Source: a virus
Lineage: Duplodnaviria; Caudoviricetes
DNA length: 42,657 bases
Direction: 5' to 3' (one strand)
Virus record (IMG/VR): IMGVR_UViG_3300048886_000350
Location: 1 to 42,657 of that record
Shown here: piece after piece, positions 36,073 through 42,657 of the stretch
Layout of the letters: each line of letters opens with the position of its first letter
Position numbering within the stretch: position 1 is the stretch's first letter
Program-made: the position numbers and the translations under genes
Notes under the pieces: generated by a model
Told to the model about the DNA's origin: nothing
Database searches by the model: none
The model's input: the letters and a program-made list of their open reading frames with translations, nothing else

Positions 36073-36288
36073 ATGGAACAACTTGAATATCAAGCAATAG
36101 AGATATTAAAATCAGGAGAACCTTTACCTGTAGATATCTATATAGAACTTAATAATTCTGGAATAGATCCAGAATATCTTATAAATCTTTTTACAAAGGA
36201 GGAAGCAGAAGAAGATGAAGTAATAGAAGATGGATTAGATCCATTACAAAGAGAAATATTAGGTGAATTCTCATCTAATCAATATTAA
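36073..36288 (+). CDS. Small acidic hypothetical protein
   Basis: GEPLPVD....L...GID pattern; SD aaagga. Confidence 0.65.
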   Translation: MEQLEYQAIEILKSGEPLPVDIYIELNNSGIDPEYLINLFTKEEAEEDEVIEDGLDPLQREILGEFSSNQY

Positions 36289-36309
36289 TATATAATATAG
36301 GAGAACAAT

Positions 36310-36867
36310 ATGGCAGTAGAAAAACTGGTAAGTCCAAAAGCAAAATGTAAATGGGTTAATGTTAAAAGACCACATCCTGAATATGATGTGTTCCAAATTA
36401 ACCTTCTTCTTCCTGCTAAATCAAAGGAAGCAAAAAGCTGGATGGAAAAAATTGATGGGTGGATCGCAGATGAAGTTGCCTCTTCAGGTAAAAAAGCATC
36501 TGAGTTTCTTCCATACAAAGAAGATGGTGATGATATCGTCTTCAAGTTCAAGCAGAAAGCCACAATCAAAGGAAGAAATGGGGAATCTCGTGATATTAAG
36601 ATCATGGTTGTAGATTCTCAGATGAAGCCTTGTAATGTGGATATTGGTTGGGGATCAACTGTTAAGGTTTCTTACTCTCCAATACAATACACTGTAAACG
36701 GGAAATCCGGTGTCACTATGTATTTCAATGCGGTTCAGGTCTTGGATCTTGTTGAATACGATGGAGGAGAAACATCAGGATTTACTAAGGAGGAAGGTTT
36801 CACTTCAGAAGAATCTACAGAGAATCCTTTTGTAGCTTCAGAATCTGAGGATGATGACGATTTCTAA
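36310..36867 (+). CDS. Single-stranded DNA-binding protein, T7 gp2.5-like
   Basis: FKFKQKA, IG.GS.VKV, GV.....AVQVLDLVEY and an acidic tail ending in Phe (EDDDDF). Confidence 0.92.
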   Translation: MAVEKLVSPKAKCKWVNVKRPHPEYDVFQINLLLPAKSKEAKSWMEKIDGWIADEVASSGKKASEFLPYKEDGDDIVFKFKQKATIKGRNGESRDIKIMVVDSQMKPCNVDIGWGSTVKVSYSPIQYTVNGKSGVTMYFNAVQVLDLVEYDGGETSGFTKEEGFTSEESTENPFVASESEDDDDF

Positions 36868-37225
36868 TCGTTATAGATCTAATCTAGAAGGGTCAGTAGC
36901 TGATCATCTAGAAAAGCAAGAAGTTAGTTTTATCTTTGAGCCTAAAACTCACCGAATAGGTTATGAGGTTCCAAAGAAATATCAACCTGACTTCTTGCTT
37001 CCTAATGGTATACTGATAGAAGTTAAAGGATGGTTCAAAGCTGAAGATCAGAGAAAACATAGACTGATTAGACAGCAACATCCAGAACTAGATATTAGAT
37101 TTGTGTTTGGAAAACTTAAAAGTAAAGTTCAAGGAGGAAGGTATACTTGTCAAGAATGGTGTGAGAAATATAAATTTCTATATGCCGAATCAATAGTACC
37201 TAACTCATGGATACATGAAAAATAA
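36851..37225 (+). CDS. Endonuclease I (Holliday junction resolvase), T7 gp3-like
   Basis: YRS.LE, Y.PDFLLPNGILIEVKG, DQRKH..IRQQHPELDIRFVF and WCEK motifs. Confidence 0.95.
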   Translation: MMTISNRYRSNLEGSVADHLEKQEVSFIFEPKTHRIGYEVPKKYQPDFLLPNGILIEVKGWFKAEDQRKHRLIRQQHPELDIRFVFGKLKSKVQGGRYTCQEWCEKYKFLYAESIVPNSWIHEK

Positions 37226-37226
37226 T

Positions 37227-37261
37227 TTTTTTCGTCGATATTTTTCTTAAGGACGAAAAAA
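37227..37261. other. 10-bp intergenic inverted repeat between the gp3-like and gp4-like genes
   Basis: TTTTTTCGTC (37227-37236) / GACGAAAAAA (37252-37261). Confidence 0.5.
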
Positions 37262-37278
37262 TTTTTAAAAGGAGGATT

Positions 37279-38907
37279 ATGGGAGAACAAGAATCAGTTT
37301 GTATTACCCACGCACCTTGTCCTAGATGTGGTTCAGTAGATAACCTAGCACTCTATGATGATGGTCATGGTTGGTGTTTTACTCCAGGATGTGGATATAG
37401 ACAACAAGGAGATACTAAAGAAAATCTTAAACAAGAGGAGAAATATAGTATGGATTTCATAAAAGGAGAATCAGAACCACTTAAAAAGCGTGGTTTAACT
37501 AAAGCTACTGTAAGTAAGTGGTCTTACCAAATTGGAGAATTCAAAGGTAAAAAAGTCCAGATTGCTAATTACAAAAAAGATGGACATGTAGTAGCTCAGA
37601 AACTCAGGTTTCCTAACAAAGATTTCCTGTTTATAGGAGATACTAAAGAAGCAGGACTTTACGGAAAACACTTATGGGAAAAAGGGAAAATGATCACCAT
37701 TTGTGAAGGTGAAATAGATGCCATGTCTGTCTCTCAGGCTCAAGGTAACAAATGGCCTGTAGTATCTATCCCAACTGGAGCAGCAGGAGCAAGGAAAGCA
37801 ATTCAGAACGACTTAGAATACCTAGAAAATTTTGAGTCAGTTATACTAATGTTCGATCAGGATGAAGCTGGACAAAAAGCTGTGGATGATTGTGTTCAGT
37901 TGTTTTCTCCAGGAAAAGTAAAGATTGCTACCCTTCCTCTTAAAGATCCAAATGAAATGATCCAAGCAGGAAGAGGTGCAGAAATAATAAACCAGATCTG
38001 GAATGCAAAAAGTTATAGACCTGATGGCATCATTGATGGAAAAGACCTATGGGATCTTGTTAGTACCATAGTAGAAACAGATTCAATGCCTTATCCTTTC
38101 AATGGATTGAATAACATGACTCAGGGTATTCGTAAAGGTGAGATTGTGACAATCACTGCAGGTTCAGGAGTAGGGAAGTCTCAGGTTTGTAGAGAGATCG
38201 CTTATTCCCTAATGCTTCAGGATCAAAAAGTGGGATACCTTGCACTTGAGGAGAACACTAAGAGGACTGCGCTTGGATTTATAGGACTATATCTTAACAA
38301 GCCTATTCATCTACAAAGTGTAGACCATACTCCAGAAGAATTAAAGAGTGGATTTGATAATGTACTAGGTACAGGAAATCTATTCCTCTACGATCATTGG
38401 GGAAGTATGGAAGTAAACCATCTCTTTAACAAGATACGATACCTTGTAAAAGGTGTAGGATGTAGCCACATTATCTTGGATCATCTGACCATAGTTCTTT
38501 CAGGATTAGAAGGCGGAGATGAAAGGAGAATGTTAGATTTTGTAATGACTAAACTACGTTCTTTAGTGGAAGAAGTTCAATGCTCTTTAATTCTCGTATC
38601 TCACTTACGAAGACCTACAGGAGATAAAGGTCATGAAGAAGGAGTCAGGACTACCTTGAACCAGTTAAGAGGTTCTCATGGGATAGCTCAACTCTCTGAC
38701 ATAGTAATTGGTTGCGAAAGAAACCAACAAGACGAGGAGAATCCAGATCTCACAACCATCAGAGTTCTAAAAAACCGATGGACAGGAGAAACTGGAATTG
38801 CAGATACCTTACATTATTCTAAAGAAACTGGAAGAATGGTAGTTACTGCTTCAGTTAATGAAGCTAAATCTTATGGATTTGAAAAGGAGAATAAGGAGGA
38901 TTTCTAA
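37279..38907 (+). CDS. DNA primase/helicase, T7 gp4-like
   Basis: Zn finger CPRCGS...C...C, EGEIDAMS, TOPRIM FDQDEAG, Walker A AGSGVGKS, LDHL, VSHLRR, LRGS and KNRWTGETG. Internal SD plus in-frame ATG 37450 resembles gp4B. Confidence 0.98.
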   Translation: MGEQESVCITHAPCPRCGSVDNLALYDDGHGWCFTPGCGYRQQGDTKENLKQEEKYSMDFIKGESEPLKKRGLTKATVSKWSYQIGEFKGKKVQIANYKKDGHVVAQKLRFPNKDFLFIGDTKEAGLYGKHLWEKGKMITICEGEIDAMSVSQAQGNKWPVVSIPTGAAGARKAIQNDLEYLENFESVILMFDQDEAGQKAVDDCVQLFSPGKVKIATLPLKDPNEMIQAGRGAEIINQIWNAKSYRPDGIIDGKDLWDLVSTIVETDSMPYPFNGLNNMTQGIRKGEIVTITAGSGVGKSQVCREIAYSLMLQDQKVGYLALEENTKRTALGFIGLYLNKPIHLQSVDHTPEELKSGFDNVLGTGNLFLYDHWGSMEVNHLFNKIRYLVKGVGCSHIILDHLTIVLSGLEGGDERRMLDFVMTKLRSLVEEVQCSLILVSHLRRPTGDKGHEEGVRTTLNQLRGSHGIAQLSDIVIGCERNQQDEENPDLTTIRVLKNRWTGETGIADTLHYSKETGRMVVTASVNEAKSYGFEKENKEDF

Positions 38908-40640
38908 TGGAAAACATAATACTAGACATAGAAACTGATGGACTCTTAGATACAGTCACTAAGGTTCATTGTATAGTAATGAAGAGTGCTTCTATTGGAA
39001 TAGAAGTAGCTACTACAGATAAAGAAATTAAGAAAGCTTTAGAGAAGTTAAAAGCTAATCACATAGTAGGACATAATGTCTTAGGATTTGATTTAGAAGT
39101 TCTAAACCGATTGTATGGCCTAGTGATTCCTGTAGAACAAGTTACAGATACTCTTATTCTTTCTAGGTTAATTCATTCAGATCTTAGGAGTGAAGATTCT
39201 TCTGTTAAAATATTAGAACCTAAGTTTTGGGGATCACATTCCTTAGAAGCATGGGGATATAGATTAAATTTTAACAAAGGAAATTTTGGAAAAAGTAATG
39301 GCTTCAAAGAGCTTTCTCAGGAGATGCTTGACTACTGTATTAACGATGTAGAACTAACGCATATTTTATGGAAAAATTTAAGGGCAAATTTACCAACGGA
39401 AAATAGTATACGATTGGAACATAATATAGCCGAAATTTGCAATATACAGGAGAAAAATGGGTTTGCATTTAATGAAGAAAAAGCTATTGAATTATATCAA
39501 AAGCTGGCACAAAGGAGAGAAGAACTTGGAGGAGAACTCCGAAAAGTATTCGGATCATGGCTCATCAACGAGGGACTTAGACGTAATGAACTGTATTCTA
39601 AAGTTAAAATTATTGAATTCAATCCTAATTCACGGCAACACATTGCAAAAAGACTCAAGGAACTTAGAGGATGGAAACCAAAAGAATTCACTCCGTCAGG
39701 TGAAGCTAAGGTTGATGAGAGTATTCTCAAAAAATTAAAATATCCTGAAGCTAAGTTAATGTCTGAATATTTAATGTTAAATAAACGTATTGGTCAACTT
39801 GCAGAAGGAGATCAAGCATGGCTTAAACTAGTTAAACATGGGAGGTTACATGGTAGAGTCAACACGATGGGAGCATCGACTTCAAGGGCATCTCACTCAA
39901 ATCCGAACCTCGCTCAGGTTCCAAATACAAATGCACCCTATGGGAAAGATTGCAGGTCTTTATTTGTTCCGAATAGAGGACAGAAACTATTGGGGATTGA
40001 TGTCTCTGGTCTTGAGTTGCGTTGCTTATCGCACTATCTTGCTAACTATGATGGTGGTGTATATGGTAAAAAACTTTTGGAGGAAGATATACATACTGTT
40101 AATCAGAAAGCAGCTGGTTTGGCTACGAGAGATCAGGCCAAAACATTCATTTACGGTTTTCTGTATGGTGCAGGAGATCAAAAAATTGGGGAGATTGTGG
40201 GGAAAGGGCAGAGAGAAGGGAAGTTATTAAAAAGAAAATTTCTTGGAGAACTTCCAGCCCTTAAACAACTCAGAACTAATGTCCAAAGAAAAGCCAAAGA
40301 ACAAGGAACTCTCAAAGGACTAGATGGAAGACGAGTACCTGTTAGATCTAAACATGCAGCTTTAAACACTCTACTTCAATCAGCAGGAGCTATTATTTGT
40401 AAACAGTGGGTAGTGGAAATGCATTCACTACTTAATCAAAAAGGGTTCAAACGTGGGGAGGACTATGATCAGGTAGCGTTTGTTCACGATGAAGTACAAT
40501 TAACAGTAAAGGAGGAACATGCCAAAGAAATCGGTAGACTATGTGTCGAGGCAATTACCACTACAGGGATTGGATTTGGACTCAGAATACCTCTCTCAGG
40601 AGAGTATTCAATCGGAGGAACTTGGGCAGAAACTCATTGA
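38907..40640 (+). CDS. DNA polymerase family A, T7 gp5-like
   Basis: Exo I DIETDG, GHN..GFD, D.SGLELR, RDQAKTFIYGFLYGAG, ALNTLLQSAG and VHDEVQ motifs. Confidence 0.98.
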   Translation: MENIILDIETDGLLDTVTKVHCIVMKSASIGIEVATTDKEIKKALEKLKANHIVGHNVLGFDLEVLNRLYGLVIPVEQVTDTLILSRLIHSDLRSEDSSVKILEPKFWGSHSLEAWGYRLNFNKGNFGKSNGFKELSQEMLDYCINDVELTHILWKNLRANLPTENSIRLEHNIAEICNIQEKNGFAFNEEKAIELYQKLAQRREELGGELRKVFGSWLINEGLRRNELYSKVKIIEFNPNSRQHIAKRLKELRGWKPKEFTPSGEAKVDESILKKLKYPEAKLMSEYLMLNKRIGQLAEGDQAWLKLVKHGRLHGRVNTMGASTSRASHSNPNLAQVPNTNAPYGKDCRSLFVPNRGQKLLGIDVSGLELRCLSHYLANYDGGVYGKKLLEEDIHTVNQKAAGLATRDQAKTFIYGFLYGAGDQKIGEIVGKGQREGKLLKRKFLGELPALKQLRTNVQRKAKEQGTLKGLDGRRVPVRSKHAALNTLLQSAGAIICKQWVVEMHSLLNQKGFKRGEDYDQVAFVHDEVQLTVKEEHAKEIGRLCVEAITTTGIGFGLRIPLSGEYSIGGTWAETH

Positions 40641-40641
40641 T

Positions 40642-41052
40642 ATGTCATCTCAAGGACTGATAAATCAGTCTATAGGACAAGCAGGAGAAGATCTTGTACG
40701 TTATATATTACATAGATGGAATTATGATATCTTTGAACCAACTAATCCATGTAGTAAATGTGATTTTGTAATCAATAAAGGTAATAAATGGATTACAATT
40801 CAAGTTAAAGCAACCGAAAAAGGAGAACGTATCATCTTAAAACGAGAGAATGGAGATAGATATAGAGCTAAATCAGTTAAATATCCCTATACAAAAGATG
40901 ATTTTGATTTATTATTTGTAGTAAAATTTCCTTTAATTTATGTGATTCCTTTTGAAGATATTGGAGGAAATAGTTTAACTTTAAAATACTATGAGGAGTA
41001 CGGATACGATATAAATGATCCTGAAACTTACAACAATCCACCTAACCTATAA
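40642..41052 (+). CDS. PD-(D/E)XK endonuclease, group I intron-associated type (possible free-standing homing endonuclease)
   Basis: GQAGE..V, CDFVI, IQVKAT, Y...DFDLLFVV and IYVIPF motifs. Start moved to ATG 40642. Confidence 0.7.
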   Translation: MSSQGLINQSIGQAGEDLVRYILHRWNYDIFEPTNPCSKCDFVINKGNKWITIQVKATEKGERIILKRENGDRYRAKSVKYPYTKDDFDLLFVVKFPLIYVIPFEDIGGNSLTLKYYEEYGYDINDPETYNNPPNL

Positions 41053-41060
41053 GAGGAAAT

Positions 41061-41819
41061 ATGAAAAAAGAAAGAGTAGCAGTAATAGATGCAGACATCT
41101 TACTTTATAAAGCATGTCGAGTAGCAGAAGAAGAAGTTAATTGGGGAGATGACCAATGGGTATTATGGTCAGATCTTAATAAAGTTAAGACTATTATTGA
41201 TGATCAAATTGATTTGATAGTTGAAGAAATGGAAGGAGATAGAAGTATTCTTTGTTTTTCTGATAAAAAGAATTATCGAAAAGAAATTAATCCTGAGTAT
41301 AAAGCTAACCGAAGAGGAGGAAGAAAACCTTTATGTTTTACAGGAGCCTTACAATATTGTAAGGATACATATCATTTTCGCCAGTTTACTTCTTTAGAAG
41401 CTGATGATGTAATAGGAATAATTGCTACTACTGATAATTTACTAAATGAATATGTGATTGTTAGTGAAGATAAAGATCTCTTAACAGTTCCAGGATTACA
41501 TTGGAATCTTAAAACTAAAGAAATATTTTCTTTGTCTGAAAAAGAAGCAGACTTTAATTTCTTTTCTCAAACTTTAACAGGAGATACAGTTGATAACTAT
41601 AAAGGTTGTCCTAGTGTAGGGAAAGTAACAGCAGAAAAGTTGTTAAGATCTGCTACTACAAAAAAAGAAGATCTTTGGGAAACTGTGGTAACTAGATATG
41701 AGAAAGCAGGACTAACAGAAGAAGATGCTATCTTGAATGCTCGTATGGCTAGAATACTTAGAAAGTGTGAGTATAATAGAACAACTGAAGAAGTTAAACT
41801 ATGGAGTCCTCATGAGTAA
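41061..41819 (+). CDS. 5'-3' exonuclease, T7 gp6-like
   Basis: IDADILLY, YKANR, LEADDVIGI, SEDKDL..VPG, GD.VDNYKGCP.VG and ARMARILR motifs. Confidence 0.96.
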   Translation: MKKERVAVIDADILLYKACRVAEEEVNWGDDQWVLWSDLNKVKTIIDDQIDLIVEEMEGDRSILCFSDKKNYRKEINPEYKANRRGGRKPLCFTGALQYCKDTYHFRQFTSLEADDVIGIIATTDNLLNEYVIVSEDKDLLTVPGLHWNLKTKEIFSLSEKEADFNFFSQTLTGDTVDNYKGCPSVGKVTAEKLLRSATTKKEDLWETVVTRYEKAGLTEEDAILNARMARILRKCEYNRTTEEVKLWSPHE

Positions 41820-42237
41820 CTACGATATGGATGAGATAGAAAGGAAACAATCTCAGAAACAGAAAAAACAATGGAGGAACTATGTTGATGAGAGTTCTCA
41901 AGAAGGGTTTGGAAGAGATGATCAGAATAACATTAAAAATATTCTGAGATCTTCTAAGCCATGTCAGCAAGTTGAAGTTGGAAATGATCAGGACAACATA
42001 CGGAAGTTGCGGTCACTGGAGAAGGAGGAGGTAACAAATCCCAAACACTATAACAAAGTTGGGTTTGCTATTCAACCTATTGAGTACATAACCAAGAATG
42101 AATTGGATTTTCTAGAGGGTAACGTAATCAAATACATTTCTAGGTATCAACATAAAGGAGGAGTAAACGATCTCCTAAAAGCGAGAACTTATATTGAATT
42201 TTTAATTGAAAGAGAAAGGGGAAAGAATGAAAGATAG
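41812..42237 (+). CDS. DUF3310-type protein (related to T7 gp1.7 nucleotide kinase domain)
   Basis: VTNPKHY, IQPIEYI, FLEGNVIKYISRYQHKGG..DLLKA..YIE. Start moved to ATG 41812. Confidence 0.85.
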   Translation: MSNYDMDEIERKQSQKQKKQWRNYVDESSQEGFGRDDQNNIKNILRSSKPCQQVEVGNDQDNIRKLRSLEKEEVTNPKHYNKVGFAIQPIEYITKNELDFLEGNVIKYISRYQHKGGVNDLLKARTYIEFLIERERGKNER

Positions 42238-42526
42238 ATTTGATTTAGAAGCATCTTTAATTTTAGTAGATCAAACTTCAGAAGATTTAGATTTAATAAC
42301 TGAGAGACTCGTAGAAGGAGGAGCAAAAGTAACTACGGATGAAACTACTAACGTACTAATTGGTCTTAGTTATCTTCATAGATATAGAAGTGAGAAAGCA
42401 TTTAATATCTTTGAAGAGATGGTGAGGACTGATCAATTTAAACAGGAAGGTGAGTATAAAGTTAAAGATCTTCCTAAACAGTTAGCTGCAGAATTTAATG
42501 CATTACAAGGGGATAGAGATGAGTAA
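42227..42526 (+). CDS. Hypothetical protein
   Basis: DRFDLE...I and N.LIGL motif; overlaps both neighbours; ATG 42227 behind aagggga. Confidence 0.65.
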   Translation: MKDRFDLEASLILVDQTSEDLDLITERLVEGGAKVTTDETTNVLIGLSYLHRYRSEKAFNIFEEMVRTDQFKQEGEYKVKDLPKQLAAEFNALQGDRDE

Positions 42527-42657
42527 ATTACCAACGCAGTACCAAGAGTACATACATCTTAGCCGTTATTCAAGGTGGCTTCCAGAGGAAAAACGAAGAG
42601 AAACTTGGGATGAAACAGTCAACCGATATTTTAATTTCTTTGAAGAACATCTCCAAG
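42519..42657 (+). CDS. nrdJ: Class II (B12-dependent) ribonucleotide reductase, N-terminus, truncated by the window edge
   Basis: MSKLPTQYQEYIHLSRYSRWLPEEKRRETWDETVNRYFNFF matches the typical N-terminus of phage class II RNRs. Confidence 0.8.
   Translation, partial: MSKLPTQYQEYIHLSRYSRWLPEEKRRETWDETVNRYFNFFEEHLQ

Noticed and set aside
39457-40230. Alternative-frame + strand ORFs inside PolA (also those in terminase, SSB, gp15-like and fibre genes)
   Set aside because: No convincing SD or recognisable motif, unlike the nested ORF in the methyltransferase.
87-40369. Minus-strand ORFs in the six-frame track
   Set aside because: All are short, lack RBSs and lie antisense to well-supported + strand genes; T7-like genomes are unidirectional.
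1-42657. Alternative genetic code or stop-codon reassignment
   Set aside because: Core genes are full length under the standard code and the tRNA is not a suppressor.

Overview
Near-complete, circularly permuted genome of an AT-rich T7-like podophage (Autographiviridae-type), probably aquatic. Every credible gene is on the + strand. Order: (partial gp7.3-like ORF) - portal - scaffold - major capsid - tail tubes A/B - internal virion proteins - tail fibre and duplicated fibre-tip/chaperone pairs - lysis region with M15 endolysin - small terminase - an inserted ADP-ribosyltransferase-like (ART-PolyVal-type) gene - large terminase - a non-coding stretch (about 27.6-28.4 kb) that probably holds the genome ends - two sigma70 promoters and a cluster of small early genes sharing a GGAGAACAA-N-ATG start motif - a structured non-coding block plus tRNA-Tyr - C5 DNA methyltransferase with a nested alternative-frame gene - single-subunit RNA polymerase - SSB - endonuclease I - primase/helicase - DNA polymerase A - PD-(D/E)XK endonuclease - exonuclease - DUF3310-like - start of a class II ribonucleotide reductase. 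The most interesting signals are: (1) a three-copy family of hairpin elements (one after the capsid gene, two before the tRNA) carrying sequence complementary to the conserved early-gene ribosome-binding motif, suggesting an antisense small-RNA switch; (2) an overprinted second ORF inside the methyltransferase with its own strong Shine-Dalgarno; (3) an ART-like gene between the terminase subunits. Protein calls rest on motif recognition and synteny, not database searches.
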